DNA from: Dipteris shenzhenensis
Lineage: Eukaryota
NCBI GenBank assembly: GCA_047967505.1
Contig: CM106538.1
Length of the DNA stretch: 64,000 nt
Direction: 5' to 3' (one strand)
The position numbers were made by a program, and so were the translations under genes. Under the pieces are notes generated by a model. It was not told the DNA's origin, did no database searches, and was given only the letters and a program-made list of their open reading frames with translations. Shown one piece after another: positions 45,651-59,400 of this stretch (position 1 is its first letter; the number at the start of each line of letters is the position of its first letter).

Positions 45651-48600
45651 TGTAAAGAATAAGGGAGAGAGATAGGAGACTCAAGTGCAGCTTTCTTCAC
45701 AACACACAAAAGAGAGAGGACACAAGGTTGGAGGGTGAAGCCTTTCTTCACTTTTGCACACAACAACAATACAATAGAAGAGGGAAATACCCTATATGTC
45801 AAACCCTAGAATACGTGGTTCATATGTGAACCCAAACCAAAAACATACGTGGTAGTCTAACTACACCATGAGTACAACTAACATAGGTAGTGACATAAAT
45901 GATAGTCATCTAGGAGATATATCGGGGGTAGAGCTTGATATCTCAACACTCCCCCTCAAGCTCAAATCCATCTCACGTACACCAAGCAAGCTCCTAAATC
46001 TGCGAAGCTTCTCGGTACCCAATGCCTTCGTAAAAATATCAGCCACCTGCTCCTCAGTGCTGACATAGACAAGATCAATCTCACCAGCTAGAACCTTCTC
46101 TCTCACAAAGTGATAATGCACCTCAATGTGCTTCGTTCTAGCATGATAAACTGGGTTATTAGCAAGCATGATGCTGCTAATGTTGTCACAATGAATGACA
46201 ACTGCTGCATGAATTGACTGTCCCATATCTGCAAGTAGCTTCCGTAACCAAGCTACCTCACATGCAGCCATTCCTGCGCCCCTGTACTCAGCCTCTATGC
46301 TCGACAAGGCAACTGTTGGCTGCTTCTTGCTGCTCCAACTGATGGCACCACTCCCAAGGGAAAACATAAAACCACTAGTAGATCTCCTATCTGAGGCACT
46401 ACCAGCCCAGTCAGCATCTGTGTATCCATGTACCTGTAATGCACACCCAGCTTCATAAAACAGTCCATAATGCAATGTGGACTTCACATACCGCAGTATG
46501 CGCCTAGCCGCATCCAAATGTGGCTTCCTCGGTGCCTGCATAAACTGACTCACCAGCCCCACAGCATAGCTCAAATCTGGTCTGGTTATAGTCATGTAAA
46601 TCAAGCTACCTACTATGCGCCTGTACATAGTAATATCTTCAAGAAGCTCACCTGTCTCTGCATTGAGCTTCACGTTCTGCTCCAATGGAACAGAGATAGG
46701 CTTACAGCCTGTCATCCCATATTTGGACAGCATGTCCAAACCGTATTGCCTTTGCAACAGCCATATCCCACTCGGGGATCTAATAACCTCAATGCCCAAG
46801 AAGTAATGCAGCTCTCCCAAATCCTTCATCTCAAATTTTTGCTTCAACAGCAGCTTCACTTCATTAATGTCTGCATCACTATCACCTGTAATAATCAAGT
46901 CATCAACATAGATGACTACAAGCACAATCCCTCTGTTTGTCCTTTTCACATAAAGTGAAAAATCTGAATTGGAAATCTGAAATCCAATAGTGACAAGATA
47001 TTGCCCTATCTTGTCTGACCATGCCCTCGGCGCCTGTTTTAAGCCATACAAGGCTTTGCGCAACCTGCATACAAAATCGGGGTGTGCTTTATCCTCATAA
47101 CCTTCTGGCTGCATCATATAAACCTCTTCCTGCAAGTCACCATGCAAGAAGGCATTTTTCACATCCATCTGATGCAAAGACCATCCCTTTGCAGCAGCCA
47201 TAGCAATTACTGCTCTCACGGTTGCCATCCTTGCAACTGGGCTGAAAGTTTCCTCATAGTCAATTCCATATGTCTGCGCAAAACCTTTGGCAACCAATCT
47301 TGTCTTGTACCTGCTAACAGACCCATCAGCATTGTGCTTTACTTTGTAAACCCACTTGCAGCCAATAGCCTTCTTATCATGAGGCAAAGGCATCAAATCC
47401 CAAGTGTGGTTTGCATCCAAGGCAGCCATCTCTTCATCCATAGCTGCTTCCCAATTTTCATGCCCTGCTGCATCCTCAAAACATGTGGGCTCTGGCTCCT
47501 CTAGAACCTTGACCATATAAGCATAGTGATGTGCTGTATACCCATCATATCTCAGCCTGTCAACTGGATACTTAATACGAGTGGACCTCCGTACAACTGG
47601 ATCAGTTGGAGGAGTCTTTAAATCATGCCTGCTTTTCCTTGCACCAGGTGTAACAACAGAAGGAGTCCCAAGTTCCTCATCAAGGCTCATTTCAGAGCCA
47701 CTTGACTCTCCATCAACATGAGAGCTACCAGCAGACACATCAAACACTGGAGCATGGTCCACTTTTTCTTTTCCCTTATGTGATACCTGCACAACACTAT
47801 CATAACTGCCATGTGACGATTCACTAGATCTCAATCTCCCTGTCCATGCATTAGATCCACTAGTAGAGGACTCTCTGGGTCCACTCAAGGCTTGAGATTG
47901 CTGCTCTGCATTTATTGCAGCATTCCCATTTCCTGCATCTGCATCTCCTACCATAACAGTTGGTGCATACCAACTGCTCATTTCATCAAAAACAACATCT
48001 CTGCTCACTTGCATTTTGCGGGTGGAAGGGTTATAACAGCGATACCCTTTCTGGTGCAGAGCATATCCAATAAAGATGCATTTTTCTGCCTTTGGATCCA
48101 GCTTTGTTCTCTTCTCATCAGGAACATGAACATAAGCTATGCAACCAAATACCTGACAAAATATGAAGAGGGGAGAGGAGAAGAGTGGAGATGAGGAGAG
48201 AGGGCACAGCTAGAGAGCACACCACAAATGACTAACTGTACACTAGAATTAGTTGAAAAAATAGAATATATACAAACCCTTTTAGGGTTAGGGTTAGGGG
48301 ATCTAACCCTTTCCTTTATAGCACTCTATAAGGTTAGTGCTATGCACATATGATCACGTGATGGTGCTATGCACACATGATCACATGATGTTGAGCGTGA
48401 AGTCTCAACACCTTCCCTCAAGATCAACATCATGAAGTAGGCCTTCCCTCAAGATGATGATTCTGGGGAATCGAAGAAGGACTGAGCATTACATTCCATC
48501 ACACCCCTTTAATGGGAATGTCCTTCCTCTGCATCAAACCAAGAGCTAGTCGGTGTTTCTCGAATAGCTCTTTACCGAGTGGTTTGGTAAAGATGTCTGC

Positions 48601-50509
48601 AACATTTTCTTTGCTATCACAATGCTGCAGTGTGATGTCACCAAGTAACACTCTTTCTCTGATGAAGTGCTCTCTGACATCAATGTGCTTTGTCCTGGAG
48701 TGATATACTGGATTTTTGGCCAATGCTTGAGCCGATTGATTATCACAGTATATTGTTGTTGGCTTTGACTCATCAAAGTAATCTGTTTCTGACAATAGTC
48801 TTCTGAGCCATATAGCCTCACATGCACCTGTAGTGAGTGCCCTATATTCTGCTTCAGTCGAAGACAAAGAAACAGTTGGCTGTTTGTTTGACAACCATGA
48901 TATAGCACCTTGACCAAGGAAAAATGCATATCCCTGTGTCGATCTCCTGGTCTCATGATCTCCAGCATAGTCACTATCACAGTATCCATGCAACCGTGGA
49001 TGACTTCCTCTGTATTCTATCCCAAATTGTCTTGTACCTCTGATGTATCTCAAGACTCTTTTGGCTGCATTCCAGTGAGAGTGTTTTGGATTTGCCATAA
49101 ACTGTGCTAGTGAGCTTACTGCATAACAAATATCTGGCCGTGTGATTGTCAGATATATAAGAGATCCAATGAGTTGCCTGTAGTATCTGTCATTGACTGT
49201 AGGCTTTTCTGAATCTTTAGTAAGTTTCAAACTCTGTTCCATGGGAGTGGCTGCAATCTTGCAATCTGCCATATGAAACTTCTTCAGGAGACTGTCAACA
49301 TATTTGAGCTGACTCATGAATGTGCTATCTGAATCTCTCCAGAACTCAATTCCAAGACAATAGTGCATAAGTCCAAGATCTTTCATGTCGAACTCTGCAG
49401 ATAAGTCTTGTTTTAGCTTTCTGATGAAGCTATCCTTGCTTCCTGTCACAATCAGATCATCTACGTACAAAAGTGCAATAGTGATATCTTCCCCTTGAAC
49501 TTTGTAGTAGAGAGTATGATCTGCATTGGACTTCATGTATCCCAGATCAGCAAAATACCTGTCAATTCTGCTGTACCAACTTCTGGGTGCTTGCTTTAAG
49601 CCATAGAGACTTTTCTTGAGATGGCAAACCTTGTTCTCCTGTCTTGGTGCAACATAACCGGCTGGTTGTTGCATGTAGACTTCCTCGTCTAGATAACCAT
49701 TGAGAAATGCATTCTTGACATCGAGCTGATACACATTCCATTTACTGAGTGTCGCTAGTGATATCAAGAACCGTATGGAATCCATCTTTTTTACTGGAGC
49801 ATAAGTCTCATCATAATCTTGGCCATATTGTTGTGCAAATCCTTTTGCAACTAATCTGGCTTTGTATCTTTGAATACTGCCATCTGGATTGTACTTCACT
49901 TTGTATACCCATTTGTTGGCTATGGCCTTCTTTCCTGGTGGAAGGTCGCATAATTACCAAGTGTTGTTTTTATACAAAGCATCCATTTCTTCATTCATTG
50001 CAGTTTGCCATTCTGGCTTATCTACTGCGTTTTCGAAGTACACTGGCTCTTCTGTAGCCATGATGGTAGTCATAAGAGGATAGTTGGTGGTTTCCACCTG
50101 AATTGCTTTGCCTTTCTGAGCATATGTAAATCTGGCTGGTGGTCTGCTTTCCCTAGTAGACCGTCTGAGCTGCTGTGACGCTGATTGGGGTGTTGCTGGC
50201 AATTCTTGCTCTTCTTCATCAACCTGTTCTGTAGATGACTGTGAAGTCGATGCTTCTATCTCCTGTGTAGGTGAGGTTTTCCATTCTGATTCCTCATCGA
50301 AGATTACATCTCTGGAGATAATGACTTTGCGGTTGATGGGATCATACAATTTGTATGCTTTACTCTCGTCACTGTAGCCAACCATGATGCATTTGCGTGA
50401 CTTCGCATCCAATTTCCTGCGATGATCATCATGTATGTGGGCATATGCTATGCAACCAAATATGCGGAGATGCCCAATGCGTGGCTTGTGTCCAGTGAAT
50501 GCTTCATAA

Positions 50510-53500
50510 TGTAGAGAATAAGGGAGAGAGATAGGAGACTCAAGTTCAGCTTTCTTCACAACACACAAAAGAGAGAGGACACAAGGTTGGAGGGTGAATC
50601 CTTTCTTCACTTTTGCACACAACAACAATACAATAGAAGAGGGAAATACCCTATATGTCAAAACCTAGAATACGTGGTTCATATGTGAACCCAAACCAAA
50701 AACATACGTGGTAGTCTAACTACACCACGAGTACAACTAACATAGGCGGTGACATAAATGATAGTCATCCAGGAGATATGTCGGGGATAGAGCTTGATAT
50801 CTCAACACTCCCCCTCAAGCTCAAATCCATCTCACGTACACCAAGCAAGCTCCTAAATCTGCGAAGCTTCTCGGTACCCAATGCCTTCGTAAAGATATCA
50901 GCCACCTGCTCCTCAGTGCTGACATAGACAAGATCAATCTCACCAGCTAGAACCTTCTCTCTCACAAAGTGATAATGCACCTCAATGTGCTTCGTTCTAG
51001 CATGATAAACTGGGTTATTAGCAAGCATGATGCTGCTAATGTTGTCACAATGAATGACAACTGCTGCATGAACTGACTGTCCCATATCTGCAAGTAGCTT
51101 CCGTAACCAAACTACCTCACATGCAGCCATTGCTGCACCCCTGTACTCAGCCTCTGTGCTCGACAAGGCAACTGTTGGCTGCTTCTTGCTGCTCCAACTG
51201 ATGGCACCACTCCCAAGGGAAAACATAAAACCACTAGTAGATCTCCTGTCTGAGACACTACCAGCCCAGTCAGCATCTGTGTATCCATGTACCTGTAATG
51301 CACACCCAGCTTCATAAAACAGTCCATAATGCAATGTGGACTTCACATACCGCAGTATGCGCCTAGCCGCATCCAAATGTGGCTTCCTCGGTGCCTGCAT
51401 AAACTGACTCACCAGCCCCACAGCATAGCTCAAATCTGGTCGGGTTATAGTCATGTAAATCAAGCTACCTACTATGCGCCTGTACATAGTAATATCTTCA
51501 AGAAGCTCACCTGACTCTGCATTGAGCTTCACATTCTGCTCCAATGGAACAGAGATAGGCTTACAGCCTGTCATCCCATATTTGGACAGCATCTCCAAAC
51601 TGTATTGCCTTTGCAACAGCCATATCCCACTCGGGGATCTAATAACCTCAATGCCCAAGAAGTAACGCAGCTCTCCCAAATCCTTCATCTCAAATTTCTG
51701 CTTCAACAGCAGCTTCACTTCATTAATGTCTGCATCACTATCACCTGTAATAATCAAGTCATCAACATAGATGACTATAAGCACAATCCCTCTGTTTGTC
51801 CTTTTCACATAAAGTGAAAAATCTGAATTGGAAATCTGAAATCCAATAGTGACAAGATATTGCCCTATCTTGTCTGACCATGCCCTCGGCGCCTGTTTTA
51901 AGCCATACAAGGCTTTGCGCAACCTGCATACAAAATCGGGGTGTGCTTTATCCTCATAACCTTCTGGCTGCATCATATAAACCTCTTCCTGCAAGTCACC
52001 ATGCAAGAAGGCATTTTTCACATCCATCTGATGCAAAGACCATCCCTTTGCAGCAGCCATAGCAATTACTGCTCTCACGGTTGCCATCCTTGCAACTGGG
52101 CTGAAAGTTTCCTCATAGTCAATTCCATATGTCTGTGCAAAACCTTTGGCAACCAATCTTGCCTTGTACCTGCTAACAGACCCATCAGCATTGTGCTTTA
52201 CTTTGTAAACCCACTTGCAGCCAATAGCCTTCTTATCATGAGGCAAAGGCATCAAATCCCAAGTGTGGTTTGCATCCAAGGCAGCCATCTCTTCATCCAT
52301 AGCTGCTTCCCAATTTTTATGCCCTGCTGCATCCTCAAAACATGTGGGCTCTGGCTCCTCTAGAACCTTGACCATATAAGCATAGTGATGTGCTGTATAC
52401 CCATCATATCTCAGCCTGTCAACTGGATACTTAATACGAGTGGACCTCCGTACAACTGGATCAGTTGCAAGAGTCTTTAAATCATGCCTGCTTTTTCTTG
52501 CACCAGGTGTAACAACAGAAGGAATCCCAAGTTCCTCATCAAGACTCATTTCAGAGCCGCCTGACTCTCCATCAACATGAGAGCTACCAGAAGACACATC
52601 AAACACTGGAGTATGGTCCACTTTTTCTTTTCCCTTATGTGATACCTGCACAACACTATCAGGACTGCCATGTGATGATTCACTAGATCTCAATCTCCCT
52701 GTCCATGCATTAGATCCACTAGTAGAGGACTCTCTGGGTCCACTTAAGGCTTGAGATTGCTGCTCTGCATTTATTGCAGCATTCCCATTTCCTGCATCTG
52801 CATCTCCTACCATAACAGTTGGTGCATACCAGCTGCTCATTTCATCAAAAACAACATCTCTGCTCACTTGCATTTTGCGAGTGGAAGGGTTATAACAGCG
52901 ATACCCTTTCTGGTGCTGAGCATATCCAATAAAGATGCATTTTTCTGCCTTTGGATCCAGCTTGGTTCTCTTCTCATCAGGAACATGAACATACGCTATG
53001 CAACCAAATACCTTCAAGTGAGAAATATCTGGTTTTTGGCCTGTATACATTTCTTCAGGCGTCATGCCATGGACAGCTGCAGTGGGGGTTCTGTTCATAA
53101 TATAAACAGCAGTTGCTACTGCTTCAGCCCAAAAATAATCAGGCATGTTTTTCTCATTTAGGATCGCCCGTCCTACTTCTGCAATATGCCTGTTCTTCCT
53201 TTCTGCAACCCCATTCTGCTGAGGGGTAGACCTGCATGAGTACTTCCTTTGAATTCCCTGTTCTTTCAGATATTCACAAAATTCTTCTGAAAAGTACTCT
53301 CCCCCTCCATCAGATCTTAGCACTTTAATATGCACACCTTTCTCTTTTTCAACCATGGCCTTAAAAGCCTTGAAATGGCTAAACACTTCACTTTTGTGCT
53401 TCATAAAATAAATCCACACCTTCCTAGTGTAGTCATCAATAAACGTCACATAATAATGGCATCCACCAATAGAAGCAGCTTTGGTTGTCCAAACATCTGA

Positions 53501-55958
53501 ATGGATCACTTCCAAAGGTCTTCTGCTCACCTTAGCATTTTTGGGAAATGCATGTCTGGCCTGCTTACCCATTTGGCATGCTTCACATACCTTTTGCATT
53601 CCCTCAACTCTGAATTTAGGCAAACCTGCAACAATATTTTTCGTTTGCATAGATTTCAGCCTTTGTATATTCACGTGCCCAATGCGCTTGTGCCATATCT
53701 CAATATCTGCAATGACACCTCTCCCATGCGCAAACATAGCAGCTTTCACCTCAGGCATATCAACATCCAAGGTGAACATTCTTCCATTTTTGTTGCCTTT
53801 GGCAACCAAGCGGCATTTATTTTTCAAGTCCTCAACAAAGCATCCATCAGGATTAAATCTAACCTGCAGACCTTGCTCAACCATCTGGCCAACTGAAACC
53901 AGGTTCTTAGTGATTTTTGGAACATGAAGTACATCTGCCAAGCACTTTGTTTTGCCATCCTGCATAGCCAATGGCACTTTACCAACCTGCGTAATTGGGT
54001 GCGCAGTATCATCACCTGTTTCAACATAACCTGGCTTATCCAAATTTCTGACATCATGAAACCACTCACCATGACTGGTCATGTGGTTAGAGGCACCTGA
54101 ATCAACATACCAAACATCATTGCAAGCTGCAGCATCTCCTGACATGGAGTTAACCATATGCTGCATCACAAAAAGGTGCTCATTTCTGTCGTCACCATGC
54201 CCACTTGATGATGCATAGTTGCTTTGCTGCAACTTCCCACTTTTGATGTCATTCTGCTTTTTATAGCATGTATTCTCCTTGTGTCCAGGCTTTCCACAAT
54301 AATAGCATTCTATGCTGCTATTTACTTGCTGGTTCCTTTGCCATGAACCACGGCCTCTTTGGCTCCCCCTGCCTCTAGAACTACCACGTCCTCCTCCATA
54401 GGACTGGTTTTCCTGTTGTTGCTGTTGGTTCTGATTTCCTGCACGGCCACCAAAACGGCCTCTTCCTCTACCCCTGCCTCTACCTGTATTCGAGTAGAAA
54501 GCAGTCTCTTGAGAAGTTGAGGTGGCTGAACCACCATTCCTTTGCTCTTCACTCAGCAAGAGAGCAATAAGTTCCTGAAAATCAGGAAATGTTTCACGGA
54601 CTCCAATGGATGTCCGAAATTGTGCATAATCTTTCCCAAGACCATTCAAGGTCACGGACACTAAGTCCTCATCATCAACAGGTGCTCCAATGGAGGCAAG
54701 AGAATCTGCAAGGCCTTTCACCTTCAAGGAATACTCATTTATATTCAGATTTTTCCTTTGCACATTGTGCAACTCCTGCTTTAGCTGCATCTTTCGTGCT
54801 TTGGTATTTGTGCTATACAGCTTCACCAATGTATCCCATGCCTCCTTAGGCGTCTCTAGATCCTGTATATGCACAATCATAGAATCTGAAATGCAAACGG
54901 ACAGCCAATACAGGCATTTTCTGGCTTTTTCATGCCATTCTTTAAAGGCCTTCAATTCAGCGGGAGTGGGAGCAGCACCCAAAACTGGTTCTGCAGTTTC
55001 ACCACTGATGTAATCCCAAACTCCCTTTCCCATAAAGAAGTTTGTCATCCTGAACTTCCATGCTTGGAAGTTGTTCTTGTCAAGCTTCTCACTGACAATG
55101 GTAGACAGATTCTCAGACATTTTACAAATCACGAATTGCAACAGCAACCTGTAAACACAGCAAATGCCTCAGAAGGGCAAATAGCAAAACTTCTGCAAAG
55201 AGCCTCACAGGGGCAGATCTGCAACACTGACGAAAGTGGTATTTCACCACACAGTCACTTCCTCGTGACGATTTTGCATCAACAGGCAACAGGCATGAAT
55301 CTGCAACTCCCAATATCTCTGCACATAGGCATACGATGCAATTTCTATGGCACCTTTCCACCGACTAGCCGCGCGGTGGTCGCACAGCAAAAACAGGGCC
55401 TTTCTCTGAGTGCCTGCGAAGAACTTCCGCCTTCAAAACGGGCCCCGAAACGGCCTCAAATCAAAAAAATACTGCGCTCTCGCCGCACCGCGAAGGGCCT
55501 CTCAATCTGAAGCAGTGCACTCCTGCACTTCTGGTTGTGCTACCTGCAGAGATTTGCTCCCAAACTCGAAATAGGAAAGCTACACTGGTCCTCTTACCAG
55601 GACACCACAAACTTGGCTAGCTTTCTTGAGCTCCTTACCACGAACAAGGCTCTAATACCATGTAGAGAATAAGGGAGAGAGATAGGAGACTCAAGTTCAG
55701 CTTTCTTCACAACACACAAAAGAGAGAGGACACAAGGTTGGAGGGTGAAGCCTTTCTTCACTTTTGCACACAACAACAATACAATAGAAGAGGGAAATAC
55801 CCTATATGTCAAAACCTAGAATACGTGGTTCATATGTGAACCCAAACCAAAAACATACGTGGTAGTCTAACTACACCACGAGTACAACTAACATAGGCGG
55901 TGACATAAATGATAGTCATCCAGGAGATATGTCGGGGATAGAGCTTGATATCTCAACA
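50510..55958 (-). mobile_element. Copia A copy 2, intact, TSD CATAA; LTRs 50510-50807 and 55661-55958
   Basis: CATAA at 50505-50509 and 55959-55963; 298-bp LTRs with 1 mismatch seen; PBS variant TGGTATTAGAGC; PPT present. Confidence 0.98.
50765..55120 (-). CDS. Intact Copia Gag-Pol polyprotein (~1451 aa from ATG 55120): gag, CCHC, protease, integrase, RT, RNase H
   Basis: Uninterrupted ORF with CYYCGKPGHKENTC, WYVDSGAS, HSDVW/RSDGGGEY/NGVAERKNR, YVDD, ADIFTKAL; the stop codon lies inside the 3' LTR. Confidence 0.97.
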   Translation of the reverse strand: MSENLSTIVSEKLDKNNFQAWKFRMTNFFMGKGVWDYISGETAEPVLGAAPTPAELKAFKEWHEKARKCLYWLSVCISDSMIVHIQDLETPKEAWDTLVKLYSTNTKARKMQLKQELHNVQRKNLNINEYSLKVKGLADSLASIGAPVDDEDLVSVTLNGLGKDYAQFRTSIGVRETFPDFQELIALLLSEEQRNGGSATSTSQETAFYSNTGRGRGRGRGRFGGRAGNQNQQQQQENQSYGGGRGSSRGRGSQRGRGSWQRNQQVNSSIECYYCGKPGHKENTCYKKQNDIKSGKLQQSNYASSSGHGDDRNEHLFVMQHMVNSMSGDAAACNDVWYVDSGASNHMTSHGEWFHDVRNLDKPGYVETGDDTAHPITQVGKVPLAMQDGKTKCLADVLHVPKITKNLVSVGQMVEQGLQVRFNPDGCFVEDLKNKCRLVAKGNKNGRMFTLDVDMPEVKAAMFAHGRGVIADIEIWHKRIGHVNIQRLKSMQTKNIVAGLPKFRVEGMQKVCEACQMGKQARHAFPKNAKVSRRPLEVIHSDVWTTKAASIGGCHYYVTFIDDYTRKVWIYFMKHKSEVFSHFKAFKAMVEKEKGVHIKVLRSDGGGEYFSEEFCEYLKEQGIQRKYSCRSTPQQNGVAERKNRHIAEVGRAILNEKNMPDYFWAEAVATAVYIMNRTPTAAVHGMTPEEMYTGQKPDISHLKVFGCIAYVHVPDEKRTKLDPKAEKCIFIGYAQHQKGYRCYNPSTRKMQVSRDVVFDEMSSWYAPTVMVGDADAGNGNAAINAEQQSQALSGPRESSTSGSNAWTGRLRSSESSHGSPDSVVQVSHKGKEKVDHTPVFDVSSGSSHVDGESGGSEMSLDEELGIPSVVTPGARKSRHDLKTLATDPVVRRSTRIKYPVDRLRYDGYTAHHYAYMVKVLEEPEPTCFEDAAGHKNWEAAMDEEMAALDANHTWDLMPLPHDKKAIGCKWVYKVKHNADGSVSRYKARLVAKGFAQTYGIDYEETFSPVARMATVRAVIAMAAAKGWSLHQMDVKNAFLHGDLQEEVYMMQPEGYEDKAHPDFVCRLRKALYGLKQAPRAWSDKIGQYLVTIGFQISNSDFSLYVKRTNRGIVLIVIYVDDLIITGDSDADINEVKLLLKQKFEMKDLGELRYFLGIEVIRSPSGIWLLQRQYSLEMLSKYGMTGCKPISVPLEQNVKLNAESGELLEDITMYRRIVGSLIYMTITRPDLSYAVGLVSQFMQAPRKPHLDAARRILRYVKSTLHYGLFYEAGCALQVHGYTDADWAGSVSDRRSTSGFMFSLGSGAISWSSKKQPTVALSSTEAEYRGAAMAACEVVWLRKLLADMGQSVHAAVVIHCDNISSIMLANNPVYHARTKHIEVHYHFVREKVLAGEIDLVYVSTEEQVADIFTKALGTEKLRRFRSLLGVREMDLSLRGSVEISSSIPDISPG

Positions 55959-58900
55959 CATAAGGAGTCATACCTTGTATCGGTTCGGTAGGAAGCCGAT
56001 TAAGCAAGTAGTTAGCTGTAGCTATTGCTTCTGCCCAATACTGATTCGGAAGATGCTTTTCACTAAGCATTGCTCTAGCACTCTCTGCTAAAGTCCCATT
56101 TTTCCTTTCAGCTATTGCATTTTGCTGAGGAGTATCTGCACATGTGAATTGTCTTCGAATGCCGTGTGTTTTGCAAAAGTTCATGAAGGCTGAAGACATG
56201 TATTCACCTCCTCTGTCTGATCTCATGACCTTGATCTTTCTGCCTGTTTGGCTTTCTACCATGGCTTTAAATTCTTGAAATCTGGCAAACACTTCAGATT
56301 TCTCTTTCAGAAAGTAGACCCAACAATATCTGCTGTAGTCGTCGATGAAGGTCAAGTAATAAAGTGAACCATTGATGCTGCGGGTCTGGGCATAACCCCA
56401 TACATCTGTATGAATTAAATCAAGAATACCTCGTGCACGAGAGGTACTTCTGACAAAGTTGGTTCGCTTTTGTTTGCCGAAGCAGCATGCTTCACAAACC
56501 TTTCCAAGAAACTGTAGCTTCGGAATCCCAATTGCCATATTTTGATTCCTTAGATCTAACAAGTACTTGAAGTTGACATGACCATATCTCTTGTGCCATT
56601 TTGCAGATAGTGGCATCTGTTGCATTTGAGCGGACATGGCATGCTTATCTGGTACTGTAGCTAGCATCCTGTATAAGCGTCCTTCCTTGACACCTTTTGC
56701 TACTAGCTGACCTCTTTTGGATTTGTCTCTGATAGTGCATTCATCACCGTCGAAGATGACTTTGTAGTTGTGTTCCGTCATTTGACCTACTGACAAAAGG
56801 TTCTTGCTGAGCTTCGGAACATAGAGCACATCTTTGACCAATCCTTTTGTACCAGTGAAATTATTCATAGGGATAACACCAGTCCCTTGAACCGGATTCG
56901 GTGTATTGTCTGCTGTATAGATGACATTCTTTTGACCTTCTAATGGCTTCATTTCTGTGAACCATTCCTGATGATTTGTCATATGAGATGATGCACCGCT
57001 GTCGATGTACCAAGGATCCTGTTCCACTTGGTCGACTTGATAACTGAAATCTTCTTTGGGATTGAAATCAGTGTCTAGGTGCATTGTATCAGTCTGATGC
57101 AATTCCTCACTTGCAAGAAACATATTTCCATGTTCATTTGCAAAATGACTGTGACTAGAATGTCCACCACGATGATTTCCTCTTCCTCGGGAATTCCCTC
57201 TGACCGCCTTGGTCATACTGCTTCTTGCGGCAATCTCTTTCATAGTGTCCAAACTTGTGACAATAGTTGCATTGAATGTTTGACACATTGGTGGATGCAT
57301 TCCCTCGTCCTTGGAATCTTCCTCTGTTGGAATGATTTCCTCTTTGCTGATTTTGATGTTGCTGAGGATGCTGCTGATGTTGATGCTGATTCTGACTTTG
57401 ATTTTGACCACTTTTCTGATATGATCTACCTCTGTTTCTGCCTTTGCCTCTGTTTCTGTCTGAAGCTGTGAATGCCTGATCATTAGAATGACCTTTACGT
57501 GCTTGAATGGCCTGAGTCCTGAGTTCTTCACCAAGTAGAACTGACTGAAGTTCTTCCAATGTTGGAATTTGCCGTTGGATGGCAATACTCTGGACCAGAT
57601 TCTCATATCCTTCTCCTAGTCCATTCAGGATTACTTGAACCATTTCTGAGGGATTCATAGTCTCTCCTGCTGCTGCAAGTTGATTGTTGTAGTCTTTGAT
57701 GCGGAGTACATAAGCATGACCGGTTTCATTGCTATTGCGGAAACTCTGGTTGATCTGGTTTCTCAAGGTGAGAATCCTGGATGTGTTCTTGGACTCGTAA
57801 AGAGCTGCGAACATATCCCATGCTTCTTTTGATGTCTTGACTGTGTTGAGCTGTCCTAGCATGACATCTTGCACATTCTGCTTGATCAGGTGATAGGCAT
57901 ACTTATCTTTCTTATCCCATTCTACTTGAGCTCAGGCAATGGCAGGATCTGCTACTGATGCGGAAACTGTTTGTGTAGATGTAGATCCCGATGTAGATCC
58001 CGTTGCTGGTGCGGTGACAACAGATGGAGTAGAGCTACTGGTGGCTGGATCGGCCAATGGTCTAGGTATGGATCCATCAACATACTCCCATTTGTCCTGA
58101 AGCACAAGAATGGTCTCCATTCGGTATTTCCATGTACCGTAATTGGAGTTGTCTAACTTAGCAGATGCCTCCAAATGAGCTCCAAATTGAGGTTGCTAGT
58201 CGACATGGTGCAAACAATGTACTCAAAAAGTGTCCTGGAAAACTCTGTATGAATCAACTGCAAATACACTGAAGATGCCAAGTGAAATCTCTGTACCGTC
58301 GGTGAAGATAGAACTGCAGTAAATAAGATCTGACCTGTGTTACAAGGCTTGTGGCAATGATGCCGGGAATAGCCAAGAGGCTTTACAAGGCTGAAAATGA
58401 TGTGCACGATGCCGTGAGATAGCCAAATAGGCTTTACAATGGTGGCATGTGTGTGTGAAATCAAGTGCTATCTGCCCACTGAATCAATCTGCAATGCCTC
58501 TGAACTCTGAAGTCTGCTCACTGAACTGATGAACGTAAGGTTTCAGGTAATGCAATGATGTGAAATCGGATGCGAGCGTATGGACTGACTCCGAGTAGGT
58601 ACTAGTCGGGAATTTCGGGCATGGCTTAGATTGGCAACTTGGGGAATTCAAAGCGTCCCCTCTATGTCGATCTAGTCTACTCTGATCTAGATCTAAACCA
58701 ACCGTCGATCGATGAAAGAGCAGCAAATAATTCCTTTTCCTTTGTTCTTTTTAAGTGCTGGGTCAGATGCGTCGATGTAGAGGCAAATGTGCGTGAAGGA
58801 AGTGGTTTTGTCGGCGAGGCTCAAATGTGAGTGTAACTTGCGTCGAAATGTGCGCATGATGTAACGAGCGCGTAGAGCACAAAAAATCGAGCGACTTTCC

Positions 58901-58989
58901 TTTTTGGAGCACCCTCAAATTCTTCCTGGATCAAGAGATATGACTTGATCTAGGTGGAGGGGCAAAAGGAGTGCAAATGGTGCTCAATG

Positions 58990-59400
58990 ATGATGTGTCA
59001 CTGTGAGTCACATGCAGTGATGATGTGGCACTGTGCTTAGCAAGAGGTGTGCCAGTGAAGCTCTGTGCTGAGGTGGCAGTGCTGAGGTGTCACTGATGAC
59101 GTGGCACTGATGACGTGGCAGATGACGTGGCATAGATGACGTGGCAGGTGATGTGGCCTGATGACGTGTCACTGATGACGTGGCAGGTGACGTGGCTGAT
59201 GACGTGTCACTGATGACATGGCAGGTGACGTGGCAGATGATGTGGCAGTTGGTGACGTGGCAGCTGACATGGCAGTGATGACGTGTTAGCTGACGTGGCA
59301 GTGATGACGTGTCAGCTGACGTGGCAGTGATGACGTGTCAGCTGACGTGGCACTGGATAAGATGATGACATGGCAGATAAGATTACGTTGCCACGTGGCA
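58990..59400. repeat. Tandem array of (GA)TGACGTGGCA / TGACGTGTCA (ABRE/G-box-like ACGT cores) in the leader of Copia C
   Basis: About 11 TGACGTGGC and 4 TGACGTGTC copies plus degenerate units, ending in the palindrome TGCCACGTGGCA. Confidence 0.9.

Noticed and set aside
49954-49956. Stop codons repaired by U-to-C RNA editing
   Set aside because: Such editing is organellar; point mutation in a methylated nuclear TE is the simpler explanation.
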